A stretch of 64,000 nt of DNA from a bacterium (GCA_027002475.1 JALWZS010000038.1:46032-110031); one strand, 5' to 3'; shown: positions 46,989 to 59,574, counted from the first letter of the stretch. The notes: generated by a model from the letters alone, not told the origin. Made by a program: numbers and translations.

Positions 46989-47819
46989 TTAGCCATTTAG
47001 TATCTCATTGTATATTTCACTAAGTTTGTGTCTTGTCTTTGTGTAAATCTTTTTTGGCGAAATAGACTCTTGGATTTGGTCAAGATTTAGCTTTTCGTTG
47101 TACCAGTCGTCAATTATATTTTTCCAATTTTTTGTGTAGTGGGCATAGGCTCGAAGCCTAACATACGCAAAATCTTTATAATGACCTTTTAACCTGCGAG
47201 ATGAGGCAAATACATAAATGTCTTTAGATGAGCGGACTTCGCCTAGTCTATTTACACGAATGGTTAAGTCTGCATCGTCTAAGTAAATAGGGTCAACTAT
47301 CTGCTCGTTAAATCCACCGACTTTTTCCCATGCACTTTTTCTAATGGCAAGGTTTTGAGTTGATAACGCTTGTGCCCCAAAGGCTATACGCGATAGCTTA
47401 AGTAAGCCTATCTTGTGAGCAATTTTGGTCGAAACATACGGAATAGTTCCATCGTCAAATATTGCATAACCTCCTATTGCAAGAAGATTTGGGTCGTTTT
47501 GCATCTCGTTAAATAGTTTCATTAACCAGTCTTTAGGGGGGCGGCAGTCTGCATCTGTGCTAACTATTATCTCGGCTTTAGCTACTTTAAATCCGGTGTT
47601 TCTTGCAATTGCTACTCCTTTTATTGGCTGCTCAATCAGTTTAATTCCAGGGAATTGTTTTACTATTTGGATGGTTGCGTCGGTAGAACCATTATCAACA
47701 ACAATAACTTCGTATGGATATGGAAAGTCTTGGTTTCGTACGCTTTGGAGTGTGTCATGGATAAACTCTTCTTCGTTTAGAGCTGGGATAACAACGCTAA
47801 GAACTGGAGTTTCTTCCAT
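46989..47819 (-). CDS. glycosyltransferase family 2
   Basis: SVVIPALNEE, VDNGSTD, ARNTG, DAD. Confidence 0.92.
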   Translation of the reverse strand: MEETPVLSVVIPALNEEEFIHDTLQSVRNQDFPYPYEVIVVDNGSTDATIQIVKQFPGIKLIEQPIKGVAIARNTGFKVAKAEIIVSTDADCRPPKDWLMKLFNEMQNDPNLLAIGGYAIFDDGTIPYVSTKIAHKIGLLKLSRIAFGAQALSTQNLAIRKSAWEKVGGFNEQIVDPIYLDDADLTIRVNRLGEVRSSKDIYVFASSRRLKGHYKDFAYVRLRAYAHYTKNWKNIIDDWYNEKLNLDQIQESISPKKIYTKTRHKLSEIYNEILNG

Positions 47820-47879
47820 ACTCAAGCAATTGTAGCAAATTGATTGACTCGATCAGCAGTCCACAAGCGTGATGCGGGA

Positions 47880-49721
47880 CTATTTGCTTTGTATCGGGAT
47901 TACTACGAACGTTGGGACTTCGTCGATGCCATCTATAAATAAAGAGTCAGTTAATGGGATGGCTTCTTGAGACACTTCTCCACCTCCTTGATATCGGATT
48001 ATAGATGCCAAGTCTTGATTTAGTGCGGTTTTGGCTCGTAACGAAGCGATTTGTATGTCAACATGGTTACTATCTATGCCTGGTATCTTGTTGTTCCATA
48101 TGGCAAGAATTAAGTTGTCATGCTCTCGGAACGCCAAGCAGTGTGTTTCTTGGTTTCCAGTGTTTATATAACCAAGAGGTTCGGTCTCAGTTGTTAACAG
48201 GCGTTTATTTATGCGGGCTAACGTTTGGAATAATGGTGTGGGTTGGGTTTTATCTATGAGGTTATAGTCGTAATCGCCCTCGGCACTAAGTTGCCACCAG
48301 GCAGTAGGCAAGGCACTTGCTTTATGGATTAATATTGTTTGTAGGGCATACGCCTGCATTCTCATTTGAGCTATTGCCTCAAACTCCTCACCCGAAACTT
48401 CGATATTTAACTTGACAAGTTCACTTTTAAGTCTTCGACGAATGTCCGATATGCTATAGCCCATTTCTCCTGCGATTACGAACAAATCAGGGTTAGCATT
48501 GTTAACGACCGTAAACAAGTGACGTAGCTCGTCCATATAAGTTCCATGCTCTGACCACTTTGATGGTTGCCCATAATTGTCTGGTGTGGATATCTCTCTT
48601 ATTGTAAATCTGCCGGTACGATTTGGGTGTTTGTTGTCCAAATCTGCACGCCACGTCGGTCCTGGTTCAGTTGGTTTTGCATATCCTTTGTATGGATGCA
48701 CGGATACGAACTGGATAATGTCTGCAATTTTGTGGCCGTTTGCTGTTTGAGTCTGCAATATCTCCTTAATGTAATCTGTATCTACAAAAGCTACATCAAT
48801 CCCAATTGTGGGTGTAGGGTAGTCTTTGCCTGTATCACTAAGCTCGCGTTTGTGTCGACGTAAACTCTCGGCGACAGTTCCTACTAATCTTGCGTAATGC
48901 TCTGGTACACGTCCTTCACTTGTAAACTGTCCTGATCGTGTTTCGTCTAAAATTATTCCATGGTCCGCTGTGTTAAAGTTTGGTTCGTTCCATATAGATA
49001 GAACTGCATTAGGGTAGCGTTCATAAATTATTTTTGCATACTCGACAAACGCTTCAATTTCTGCGTCTTCTGTGGGGATATGATACTCAGTTGGGACTTC
49101 TTCGTTTGTGTACTCAACTGTACCGTCTTCGCGTTTTACTGCTTTTAATGTGGAGTTTGTTTTTTTATTACCGTTTGAGTCTTTGTATTCTACTAAGCCT
49201 GGTCCCAGCGAGATTTCAAGATATGCGTTGGCTTCATTTATAAGATGATATAGTTCGTCTATTAGTTCTAATAATTCATTTGTTTGTGCTTTGTCATTAA
49301 GTAAAATGTTGGAGATTGATAAAGGACCGTTTTCGAAGTGAATCCGTACGTATCTAGGATGTAGCTCTTTTGCGGTACGTAAACGCTCTATTTCTTCGTT
49401 TATCCTCATCTTGGCAAGTCGTTGCGCTACTTCAGCTAGAATCCTTGGGCGCTCAGTAGGCTTTTCTGTAAAGGTTTGTATCTCCTCTGGTGTGGCTAAT
49501 TGGTTTGATGATGCAAGTTGCATGAGCGTTTCTGGCGGGATTGATTTCATGCGCTCTAGATACTCTTGGGCTGAGTGGCTTCCTAATCGAATGTTTACGC
49601 CATGTAGAAATTTTTGAGTCCTGGCTGGTTGAGGGGCGGGCTCTAATGTGTCATGAGATACTACGAGCTCGAAGGGGTGGTTTATCGAGGCTTCGTTTTC
49701 TGTGCCACCAAGAGTTTTCAC
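47880..49721 (-). CDS. clan-A glycoside hydrolase-like protein
   Basis: IWNEPN, SVHPY, GEMGY; start placed at GTG 6 nt after a TATAAT. Confidence 0.65.
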   Translation of the reverse strand: MKTLGGTENEASINHPFELVVSHDTLEPAPQPARTQKFLHGVNIRLGSHSAQEYLERMKSIPPETLMQLASSNQLATPEEIQTFTEKPTERPRILAEVAQRLAKMRINEEIERLRTAKELHPRYVRIHFENGPLSISNILLNDKAQTNELLELIDELYHLINEANAYLEISLGPGLVEYKDSNGNKKTNSTLKAVKREDGTVEYTNEEVPTEYHIPTEDAEIEAFVEYAKIIYERYPNAVLSIWNEPNFNTADHGIILDETRSGQFTSEGRVPEHYARLVGTVAESLRRHKRELSDTGKDYPTPTIGIDVAFVDTDYIKEILQTQTANGHKIADIIQFVSVHPYKGYAKPTEPGPTWRADLDNKHPNRTGRFTIREISTPDNYGQPSKWSEHGTYMDELRHLFTVVNNANPDLFVIAGEMGYSISDIRRRLKSELVKLNIEVSGEEFEAIAQMRMQAYALQTILIHKASALPTAWWQLSAEGDYDYNLIDKTQPTPLFQTLARINKRLLTTETEPLGYINTGNQETHCLAFREHDNLILAIWNNKIPGIDSNHVDIQIASLRAKTALNQDLASIIRYQGGGEVSQEAIPLTDSLFIDGIDEVPTFVVIPIQSK

Positions 49722-49763
49722 TATTCGATTATATCGAAACCGGTGTGCTATTATCACACTAGT

Positions 49764-50477
49764 ATGAAGTTGCGTCCTTATAAGAAAAATCTTGATTATT
49801 CTTACACCTTAGGTGTTCATCCTACTAGAGTTTTATTAGAGATCTCTGATATTGAAATTGTTCAAATTTTAATAAACTCTCAGTTTGAAAAATTAGATGA
49901 TGTAAAAAGCCTTGTCAAAATAGCTAAATCTCGCGGAGTGATGACGACTGTATCGGATAAAGCAATACATCGGCTAGCCCCAAAGGAAAATACAGCAGTT
50001 ATTGGCGTTTTTAAAAAGTTTGAAAGAGCTTTGGATGAGGAGCGTTCACACATAGCACTTGTTAACGTTCGAAACAGTGGAAACTTGGGAACAATAACTA
50101 GGACCATGTTGGCGTTTGGCGTAAAAGACGTGGCAATAATTAGGCCTGCAGTTGATATTTTTCACCCAAGTGTAATTGCAGCAAGTGTTGGTGCTTCTTT
50201 GAAAGTAAACTTTGAATACTTTGAATTTTTTGTGGAGTACCAACGTAAATATGAAAATCACTCGATCTACACCTTTTTTAAAGAGGCGAATACACCTCTT
50301 CAAAACGTGAAATTTAATGAACCATTTACGCTGGTCTTTGGTAATGAAAACCAAGGGCTTCCAGAAAACATTAGAAATATTGGGACGGGAGTTAGTATTC
50401 CACAAACAGATGAAGTCGAGTCTTTAAACCTTGCAATGTCGGTCGGCGTGGCGTTGTGGGAGGCGGGGAGGAAGTAG
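49764..50477 (+). CDS. TrmH/SpoU RNA methyltransferase
   Basis: GNLGTITRT, LVFGNENQGL, ESLNLAMS. Confidence 0.92.
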   Translation: MKLRPYKKNLDYSYTLGVHPTRVLLEISDIEIVQILINSQFEKLDDVKSLVKIAKSRGVMTTVSDKAIHRLAPKENTAVIGVFKKFERALDEERSHIALVNVRNSGNLGTITRTMLAFGVKDVAIIRPAVDIFHPSVIAASVGASLKVNFEYFEFFVEYQRKYENHSIYTFFKEANTPLQNVKFNEPFTLVFGNENQGLPENIRNIGTGVSIPQTDEVESLNLAMSVGVALWEAGRK

Positions 50478-50581
50478 GCGTCGTTCCTATAAGTGGGACA
50501 CGCTGTTATCCTCGAGTAAGGACTGCGCTATTGTTTTCTTAAACCCTAGATACATGAAAAGTGGTGTGTATAATCTAGTTT

Positions 50582-51085
50582 GTGAAGATTTTAATCTTAT
50601 CTGACATACACGACAATATTTGGAATTTGCAAAAGGTAATCGATGAGCAAAAAGGCAGAATTGATGCCTTAATTACTCTTGGCGATTACTGCGCACCGTT
50701 TATTGGTAGATACCTTAAAGAATTCGATGTCCCTTCATACGCTTGTCTTGGTAATAATGATGAGGATCAGATTGGTTTAGCTAAACTTTCTGGCGAAAAC
50801 TTCGCATGGACTTTTTTGGCTCGAGAATATGGTGAGGTTGAACTAGATGGCAAGAAAATCGCGTTTTGTCATTACCCAAGATTAGCGGAGTTGTTGGCAG
50901 AAACTAATGAGTACGATTTTGTACTTCATGGGCATACTCATAGGGCTAGAGAGGAAAAGCGTGGCGAAACTTTGCTTGTTAACCCTGGTGCAGTATGTGG
51001 GATTGTTAGTGGCAAGCCAGGTCCAGCAAGCTATGCAGTACTTGATACTAGCGACAACAATGTCCAAATAATAAAAATTTCTTAA
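50582..51085 (+). CDS. YfcE-type metallophosphoesterase
   Basis: SDIHDN, LGD, GNND, HGHTH, NPG. Confidence 0.9.
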   Translation: MKILILSDIHDNIWNLQKVIDEQKGRIDALITLGDYCAPFIGRYLKEFDVPSYACLGNNDEDQIGLAKLSGENFAWTFLAREYGEVELDGKKIAFCHYPRLAELLAETNEYDFVLHGHTHRAREEKRGETLLVNPGAVCGIVSGKPGPASYAVLDTSDNNVQIIKIS

Positions 51086-51165
51086 ATTTTCTTTATGTTT
51101 TGTGTGTCTTGCGTGTGTTGACCTACATGTTAAACTAAACTCGTTAATTTACACATTTATTAGAT

Positions 51166-51897
51166 ATGCATATTTCGATTGCCGCAGAAAAAGTATTTGA
51201 AATTGCAGGTTTTCCAATAACAAACTCTATGATTGCAACAATCGTGGTTTCGGTCGCTCTAATCCTTTTTGCATTGTTTTACAAAAGTCGGCTAAAAATC
51301 GTTCCATCTAAGTTTCAAGTTGTTGTTGAGATGATCGTTGGGACAATTTACGACCTTGCCAAAAGCATCTCTCCAAAACATGCAGATGAGTTTTTCCCAT
51401 TGGTTGCAACGATTTTTATATTTGTGTTGTTTTCTAACTGGTTTGGACTTATTCCAGGACTTCCGTACGTTGGCTTTACCGAAACCGTACATGGTAAAGA
51501 GGTGTTCGTTCCGCTTTTTAGAGCAGCGACTGCAGATTTAAATACCACTTTGGCGCTCGCTACTACGTCGATGATTGCTGTGTGGTATTACAGCATTAAG
51601 CACCTAGGACTATTTGCACACTTGGGTAAGTTTATCAACTTCAAGTCTCCGATTGGCGCTTTTGTTGGTATTTTAGAGCTAGTGAGTGAGTTTTCAAAGA
51701 TAATTAGCTTTGCGTTTCGATTGTTTGGAAACATCTTTGCTGGTGAGGTGCTACTTGCAGTTATGATGTTTTTGATTCCAGCAATAATCCCACTACCGTT
51801 TTTGGGAATGGAGTTTTTCGTTGGGTTTATTCAAGCGCTGGTGTTTTCGGTTTTAACAATGGTATTTATTAGTGGAAGCTTAGAGGCGCACGGATAG
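51166..51897 (+). CDS. atpB: ATP synthase subunit a
   Basis: RLFGNIFAGE, FIQALVF. Confidence 0.96.
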   Translation: MHISIAAEKVFEIAGFPITNSMIATIVVSVALILFALFYKSRLKIVPSKFQVVVEMIVGTIYDLAKSISPKHADEFFPLVATIFIFVLFSNWFGLIPGLPYVGFTETVHGKEVFVPLFRAATADLNTTLALATTSMIAVWYYSIKHLGLFAHLGKFINFKSPIGAFVGILELVSEFSKIISFAFRLFGNIFAGEVLLAVMMFLIPAIIPLPFLGMEFFVGFIQALVFSVLTMVFISGSLEAHG

Positions 51898-51999
51898 AGT
51901 AAAGCGCTTTCTAAGGCTTTGACTTGTAGGTTAAAATAGGGTTGCTTGTTAAGCAACATTGGGTAGAAATGAGCAGAATAGCTCATCGAGGGGGTGTAA

Positions 52000-52260
<261 letters not shown>

Positions 52261-52267
52261 AAGAAAA

Positions 52268-52762
52268 ATGGAAGCTTTGGGAATAGACCTAAAACTAATC
52301 GCCTTTCAAATGGTGAACTTCTTGATATTGATGTTCATCTTGAAGAAGTTTTTGTATAAGCCGATTCTAGACATGCTAGAAAAGCGGCGGAAGATTGCTC
52401 AGGATACGGTTTCGCTAAAAGAGGAGTTAGAGCAGAAAATCGAAAATGCAGGGAAAGAAAAAGAAGCGGTTTTAATGGAAGCTAAAAAGGAGGCGGACTC
52501 GGTCATTGAAAGTGCAAAGGAAAAAGCAGAAAGGTTAGCTGAGCAGATCGAGAAAGAGGCAAGTGAAAAAGCAATGGCCATCGTACAAAAGGGCGAGGAG
52601 ACTTTGAGGGCTAAGGAGCGAGAGCTACGAGCATCTCTTAAAAATGAGGTTGCTAAGATTGCAATCGAGACGTCAGAGCAGGTTCTTGCCAGGACTTTAG
52701 ATGAAGATGTCAAACGAACCATTGCTGAAGAGTCGATAAGGAGGTTTGCACAAGATGGCTAA
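52268..52762 (+). CDS. atpF: ATP synthase subunit b
   Basis: NFLIL...YKPI...R followed by coiled coil. Confidence 0.93.
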   Translation: MEALGIDLKLIAFQMVNFLILMFILKKFLYKPILDMLEKRRKIAQDTVSLKEELEQKIENAGKEKEAVLMEAKKEADSVIESAKEKAERLAEQIEKEASEKAMAIVQKGEETLRAKERELRASLKNEVAKIAIETSEQVLARTLDEDVKRTIAEESIRRFAQDG

Positions 52763-53087
52763 TAATGCGCAAGCTCTTGTTGATAGGTTAGTTGAATACG
52801 CTGTAAAAAACTCGGACACGCAAGTTTTAAGATACATGCGAGATAAGGCTGAAGGGGTTTTGCAGCAAAGCACGGTGCTTGTTCGACACTCAGGCGAACT
52901 AGACAAGGCGCAGCAAGCGAGTCTTTTTGAGAGTGTGAAAAAGAAATTCCCACAGGCGCAGGATATAAAACTAGAGCGAGATGATAGTTTGATTGGTGGC
53001 GTTGAGATTGTATTTAAGGATTACAGATACGATGGATCGATTAGGGGAAGGTTGGAGGAGTTAAAGACCAAATTAGTAGGAGCATAA
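52755..53087 (+). CDS. atpH: ATP synthase subunit delta, shortened
   Basis: DDSLIGG...YDGSIRGRL; position between atpF and atpA. Confidence 0.85.
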   Translation: MANNAQALVDRLVEYAVKNSDTQVLRYMRDKAEGVLQQSTVLVRHSGELDKAQQASLFESVKKKFPQAQDIKLERDDSLIGGVEIVFKDYRYDGSIRGRLEELKTKLVGA

Positions 53088-53089
53088 AA

Positions 53090-54568
53090 ATGGACGAATT
53101 ATTAACAGATATTGAACAACAAATAGAAAGCTTTACAAGTGATCATAAGTTGCAAAACATTGGTCGTGTGAAAGCAGTTAAAGATGGTGTGATACTACTT
53201 GATGGGCTAAGCGAAGTGCAGATGTCTGAGCGAATATTCTGTAAGGATAAAGGGCTCTCCGCAATGGTTCTTAACCTTGCCGAGCATGAGGTCGGTGCGG
53301 TTGCGTTGGGTGATTACACCAAGATCTCTGAAGGAGATGTATTCGAGGTAACGGGCGAGATCATGTCTGTTAAAGCATCAGAGTCTCTTTTGGGTAGGGT
53401 GGTTAATGCTTTAGCACAGCCTATTGATGGTAAGGGGCAGATATCTAGTGAAGGTAAGCTAATGCCTGTAGAAAAGATTGCACCAGGTGTTATTGAAAGG
53501 CAATCTGTTAACACTCCACTGCAAACTGGGATTTTGGCAATAGACTCAATGGTGCCAATTGGTCGAGGGCAACGAGAATTAATTATTGGAGACAGGGGGA
53601 CAGGTAAGACTGCAATTGCAATTGATACGATTATCAACCAAAAAGACGAAGAAAATCCTGTTATTTGTATCTATAACGCAATTGGACAAAAAGAATCAAG
53701 AGTTGCGCAACTTGTTGAAAAGTTAGAACAACATGGTGCAATGGATTACACAATCGTTGTTAGCTCTCCTGCAGCTGACTCTGTTGCAATGCAGTATTTG
53801 TCTCCTTACTCGGCAACGGCAATTGCTGAGTACTTTTTAGAGCAAGGAAAGGACGTGCTTATCGTTTATGACGACTTAACGAAGCATGCATGGGCATATA
53901 GGCAAATTTCATTAATTCTTGAGCGCCCACCAGGACGAGAGGCTTACCCAGGCGATATTTTCTATTTGCACTCAAGGCTTTTGGAGCGCTCATGTCGCTT
54001 AAACGATGAAAATGGTGGTGGGTCTATAACATCGCTTCCTATTGTTGAAACGCAATTTAGCGACGTAAGTGCTTATATTCCAACAAACATCATCTCAATC
54101 ACAGATGGCCAGATTTACTTGGAAACCGACTTTTTCAACGCTGGAATTAGACCTGCTGTGGATCCTGGAAACTCGGTTTCTCGTGTTGGTGGAGCTGCAC
54201 AAATTAAGAAAATGAAAAAGGTCGCAGGGCAGTTACGCCTTGACTTGGCGCAGTTTAAGGAGCTTGAAGCTTTTGCACAGTTTGGTAGCGGAGATCTTGA
54301 TGAGCGAACAAAAGAGCGAATTGAGCGAGGTAAGAGGATCCGTGAGCTACTAAAACAGCCGCAATACCAACCACTTCCAGTAAATACTCAAATACTATTG
54401 CTCTACGCTGTAAACAACGGCTATTTGGACGAAATGCAAATAAGCCAAATAAGTGATTTTAAAGAAAAGTTCACGCTATATATGCAAACGGTTGATAACG
54501 TGGACGAACCGGATGAAATATTAAAGGACTTTTTCAAGACGTATGAGGTGAAGAAGTTAGAGAGTTGA
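53090..54568 (+). CDS. atpA: ATP synthase subunit alpha
   Basis: [27 protein letters not shown]. Confidence 0.98.
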   Translation: MDELLTDIEQQIESFTSDHKLQNIGRVKAVKDGVILLDGLSEVQMSERIFCKDKGLSAMVLNLAEHEVGAVALGDYTKISEGDVFEVTGEIMSVKASESLLGRVVNALAQPIDGKGQISSEGKLMPVEKIAPGVIERQSVNTPLQTGILAIDSMVPIGRGQRELIIGDRGTGKTAIAIDTIINQKDEENPVICIYNAIGQKESRVAQLVEKLEQHGAMDYTIVVSSPAADSVAMQYLSPYSATAIAEYFLEQGKDVLIVYDDLTKHAWAYRQISLILERPPGREAYPGDIFYLHSRLLERSCRLNDENGGGSITSLPIVETQFSDVSAYIPTNIISITDGQIYLETDFFNAGIRPAVDPGNSVSRVGGAAQIKKMKKVAGQLRLDLAQFKELEAFAQFGSGDLDERTKERIERGKRIRELLKQPQYQPLPVNTQILLLYAVNNGYLDEMQISQISDFKEKFTLYMQTVDNVDEPDEILKDFFKTYEVKKLES

Positions 54569-54745
54569 AGGGTTTAAGGGTTGCGCTACTCGAAACACTT
54601 AAACTTTAAGCTAGAAACTTTACAAACAAATAACAAATTACAAATTCTAAGTAACAAACTTGAGGATAACTAGGCAATTCGTTTTAAGTAAAGCCCGATT
54701 ATTGTTTGTGGTGTTTGTAATTTGCGATTTGTGATTTGAAACAAA
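54553..54745. repeat. octamer plus heptamer tandem-repeat hairpin between atpA and atpG
   Basis: GAGAGTTGAAGGGTTTAAGGG..., CAAATAACAAATTACAAATT... and TTTGTAATTTGCGATTTGTGATTTG. Confidence 0.8.
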
Positions 54746-54746
54746 C

Positions 54747-55643
54747 ATGTCTCAATTAAGAGAAATAAAAAGACGAATAACATCGGTAAATAACATAAGC
54801 AAGGTCACGCATGCTATGCAGTTAGTTGCTGCATCTCGCATGAAAAAAGCACAGGATAATGCGATAAAAGGTAAGGATTACTCCGAAAAAATTAAGGAGA
54901 TAATGCTAAACCTTTCCATAAACAAAAACGTTTTAGGTAGCCCGTTTATTGAGCCGGAATATGCTCGAGAGGTAGATGGAGTTTTACTGCTTGTGTTTTC
55001 ACCTGAGCGGGGATTAGCTGGGGGATTACCCTCGAATTTACTTCGTTTCACATTAAAGTTAATAGATAGCATAAAAAAACGAGGTGAAGGAGTTGAGGTT
55101 ATTACAATTGGGAAAAAGTTAAGAGATAGTTTGATACGAAGGGGAGTTAATGTTGTTGCGGACTTTTCTGGTATGCCTGAAAAACCAACCACGGCAGATC
55201 TTCGCCCAATTCATAAAATGATTACTCAAGGCTATCTTGACAAAAAATATGGTGAGGTTGTTATGGTGTTTTCAAAATTTATTAACGCCATGACTCAAGA
55301 GCCTGTTGCAAAACTTATTCTTCCTCTTGATTTAGAGATTTTAGAAAAATATGAGCAGCGCGATGAAAATGCAAGTGTGGCAGATGGGGAGTTTGTGTTT
55401 GAGCCGACACAGCAGGTCATTTTAGACCACTTGATACCAGGGTATTTAGAGTCACAACTTTACCAGGCACGTCTTGAAAGTGTGGCTAGTGAGTACAGTG
55501 CGCGAATGGTTGCAATGAAAAATGCGACAAACAATGCCAAAGATGTTCGTTCATATTTGACACTTGAGTATAATAAGTCGAGGCAGGCTCAGATAACTAG
55601 AGAGTTGTCTGAGATTAGTGCAGGAAGGTTGGCTAGGAGTTGA
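54747..55643 (+). CDS. atpG: ATP synthase subunit gamma
   Basis: AMQLVAASR, ARMVAMKNAT, RQAQITREL. Confidence 0.97.
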   Translation: MSQLREIKRRITSVNNISKVTHAMQLVAASRMKKAQDNAIKGKDYSEKIKEIMLNLSINKNVLGSPFIEPEYAREVDGVLLLVFSPERGLAGGLPSNLLRFTLKLIDSIKKRGEGVEVITIGKKLRDSLIRRGVNVVADFSGMPEKPTTADLRPIHKMITQGYLDKKYGEVVMVFSKFINAMTQEPVAKLILPLDLEILEKYEQRDENASVADGEFVFEPTQQVILDHLIPGYLESQLYQARLESVASEYSARMVAMKNATNNAKDVRSYLTLEYNKSRQAQITRELSEISAGRLARS

Positions 55644-55648
55644 GGGGC

Positions 55649-57109
<1,461 letters not shown>

Positions 57110-57231
57110 GCAAATCCCAAATTACAAATTAGAAACTTTACAAACAAAACCCAAATGATAACTATCAAACATACTAAACATCAAGGCTTTTTGTTTGGTA
57201 CGTTTGGGATTTAGATTTTGTAATTTGAAAC
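57110..57231. repeat. heptamer tandem-repeat hairpin between atpD and atpC
   Basis: CAAATCCCAAATTACAAATT... and TTTGGGATTTAGATTTTGTAATTTG; 19 nt (57130-57148) identical to 54612-54630. Confidence 0.8.
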
Positions 57232-57233
57232 GT

Positions 57234-57659
57234 ATGTTTTTGACAGTTACCACAGTTGAACGAGAGATATTAAATCGAGACGATATCACAAAGGTAACCA
57301 TTCCTACAGCGGATGGCGAAATAACCGTGCTTCCTGGTCATGTTGCGTTGATGTCAGCGCTTGGCATGGGTGAGGTTATTGCATACCCAAAAGAAGGTGA
57401 GTCGATTTCGCTTTTTGTTGATGGTGGAGTTTTACAGGTTAGTAATGATAGGGTCGAGCTTCTTGCAAATATGGCAGAACATGCTGACGAAATTGACGAA
57501 GCAAAAATTGAAGAGGCAAAACGACGCGCGGAAAAACTTCTTGAAGAAAAACCTGTTGATATTGACTTAGCGGCAGTAACAGCATCACTTAAGCGAGATG
57601 CTGCAAGGTTAAGACTTAAGCGCAAACAACGCGGCCGCACCGGCCAAGCAATGAATTAA
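57234..57659 (+). CDS. atpC: ATP synthase subunit epsilon
   Basis: GEITVLPGH, VDGG; last gene of the operon. Confidence 0.93.
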   Translation: MFLTVTTVEREILNRDDITKVTIPTADGEITVLPGHVALMSALGMGEVIAYPKEGESISLFVDGGVLQVSNDRVELLANMAEHADEIDEAKIEEAKRRAEKLLEEKPVDIDLAAVTASLKRDAARLRLKRKQRGRTGQAMN

Positions 57660-57674
57660 TAGCTATAAAGCCTA

Positions 57675-57698
57675 ATTTAAGAGCTTACCGCTTAAATC
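57675..57698. repeat. 24-bp palindromic repeat, copy 2
   Basis: ATTTAAGAGCTTACCGCTTAAATC. Confidence 0.7.
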
Positions 57699-58620
57699 AA
57701 TGTTTGTCAGAAAAAACGTCTGGATCGACTTGGTACTCAACGACCTGTACTGGTTTATCAGCAAATTCTGTGTCAACCAGTTGTTTGACTGATTCTATAG
57801 TGTCGTTAAAACTTTCACTACTTGGAGCTCCGAGTACTATAACAACGAGCGGTTCGTTGTCCTTGAAGTGTTTTCCGAACCCATGGTCGCCTAAGGCAAT
57901 ACTAAGTGCAACGCTAAGCTCCGCTTGGGCGTACTCTGGTGATAAATACTTTTCTGAGATTAAAAATGCAGGTGGAAGATTATCTATGCGCTGTGGCTGT
58001 AATCGACCTGTGGCATCAACAACAATCATTCTTGCTGTGTGCATATCTTCTGGGCGAGTCATCTCCTTTGCACTAATGTGTCTATAATCAAGTCCTGCCT
58101 CTGTAGCTAATCCTTGGGCAAAGTCAGCAGCATATAAATCGGACGGACTTAGATATTGAGTTCCCTTACCTTCTTCTTTGGTTAGTTTGTTAAAAAGATC
58201 AGTGTAGTGTTGCTGGGCTTCTTCGGGGAGTTCTTTAAAAGCTAGATTTCCAGCGCCACAACCTGCATGCGAGGTGACCACCTCAATTCCCATGTCTTTT
58301 ACTGTTTGAGTCGCGGTTTCTAGTGATGTATCGTAATTGTCTCCCATAACGATCCCGGAACCTGCAAGGGCAATAAGGTCTTCAACTGAATGGCTGCAAG
58401 CACATCCTTCGTCAATGCATACAATATGAGTTCGACCTTCTTTTGCGAAATGTTCACTTGTTAGTGTTCGTTGTAGGAATTCTTGAATTGACTGGGCTAT
58501 AGTTTCTTGCGTGCGGTTTTCTTCAGGACCATATAGCGCGTTCATGCTTTCTGATGTTTCCTGCCAGCGCTGCTCTAGTTTTTTACCTGTAAGTTCTTTG
58601 TGTGTAGGTTCGCCAGGCAT
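57697..58620 (-). CDS. hypothetical protein with beta-carbonic-anhydrase-like metal motifs
   Basis: CIDEG...LAGSG...SHAGCGA. Confidence 0.55.
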   Translation of the reverse strand: MPGEPTHKELTGKKLEQRWQETSESMNALYGPEENRTQETIAQSIQEFLQRTLTSEHFAKEGRTHIVCIDEGCACSHSVEDLIALAGSGIVMGDNYDTSLETATQTVKDMGIEVVTSHAGCGAGNLAFKELPEEAQQHYTDLFNKLTKEEGKGTQYLSPSDLYAADFAQGLATEAGLDYRHISAKEMTRPEDMHTARMIVVDATGRLQPQRIDNLPPAFLISEKYLSPEYAQAELSVALSIALGDHGFGKHFKDNEPLVVIVLGAPSSESFNDTIESVKQLVDTEFADKPVQVVEYQVDPDVFSDKH

Positions 58621-58708
58621 AGGAAGATTATACAACACGAAAGCAGTGGTTAGTGGAGATTTTTTACTGCGATAAAAGTTCAAATCTTTCAGGCTGTAAC
58701 AGTGGTCA

Positions 58709-58749
58709 TAAAAAAGAGCGCACCGCAGGTATGATCACTGTGCGCTCTT
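58709..58749 (-). terminator. intrinsic terminator
   Basis: AAGAGCGCAC...GTGCGCTCTT with an A run on the left (T run on the minus strand). Confidence 0.7.
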
Positions 58750-58757
58750 AACGAATA

Positions 58758-58934
58758 CTAGCTTTTTGTTTTCAGGCAAATAATTGCCAGAATGATTATT
58801 GTCACCGCTAGTATCAGGAGGATTACGCCGACTGCGCGGGTTGAGACACAGTCGACGCCTGGAACAAGTATTGCCCCGACAACTGCAGTAAATGCAGCCA
58901 GAAGGAGCAGCGCATATGCGATTATGTCTTTCAT
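58758..58934 (-). CDS. 58-aa two-TM small protein
   Basis: AAGGAG SD, hydrophobic ORF, downstream terminator. Confidence 0.6.
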   Translation of the reverse strand: MKDIIAYALLLLAAFTAVVGAILVPGVDCVSTRAVGVILLILAVTIIILAIICLKTKS

Positions 58935-58989
58935 ATTCTTCTCCTTAGTTGCGGTTGTGTATACACTAATATGGCTTGGGTGATAATAG

Positions 58990-59018
58990 CAAAGCCGGGT
59001 GCAAGCCCCGGCTTTTTT
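58990..59018. terminator. hairpin terminator, possibly bidirectional
   Basis: AAAGCCGGG-TGCAAGC-CCCGGCTTTTTT. Confidence 0.75.
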
Positions 59019-59266
59019 CACTGGTGTGCGAATATGACTGCCTCAACAACTGCAGTTAGAAGTGACACCAGTCCGAGCGCCATCGCAATATCTTCGCTTA
59101 TTGCTGACGCGATAAGCGATAGGATGAACGTGATCCATCCTATGACGATTGCGATGACCATCGCCTTGTAACTGTTGGTTTGAGGTGATGGTTTGGCGGC
59201 TCCAACGATCACGCTAAAAAAGAAGTGCATGATCGGAGGGATGAACAATAGACCTGCTTCATCCAT
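59018..59266 (-). CDS. 82-aa three-TM small protein
   Basis: AAAGGAG SD upstream of ATG 59266; hydrophobic. Confidence 0.6.
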   Translation of the reverse strand: MDEAGLLFIPPIMHFFFSVIVGAAKPSPQTNSYKAMVIAIVIGWITFILSLIASAISEDIAMALGLVSLLTAVVEAVIFAHQ

Positions 59267-59475
59267 GGAAGTTCTCTCCTTTGTGAGAAAGTTTTTCGGG
59301 CGTAATGCCCAATAGGTTAAATTGTGAGGTACACAGTGATTATACAAGAAAGCGCCTAATGGTAAAAGTTATGGGATATGCATATTCGTGTGGGATTGAC
59401 TGGTTTCTGATATAATCTCGACATCAACTAATTGTTAGCATTTGCTATCAATAGCACTCTTATCAGGAGGAAAGA

Positions 59476-59565
59476 ATGGATGAGATACAGATTCTCGTAG
59501 GCGGAGGAGCGTTTTTCATCATCATGCTGGTAGCCCTCTGGTTGCTAATCGGTCCAAGGGACTAA
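59476..59565 (+). CDS. 29-aa single-TM peptide (absent from ORF track)
   Basis: AGGAGG SD; MDEIQILVGGGAFFIIMLVALWLLIGPRD; downstream terminator. Confidence 0.6.
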   Translation: MDEIQILVGGGAFFIIMLVALWLLIGPRD

Positions 59566-59574
59566 TCCTCTGTT

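Noticed and set aside
51086-51165. BlaI-type operator upstream of the atp operon
   Set aside because: No TACTA-N7-TAGTA match was seen.
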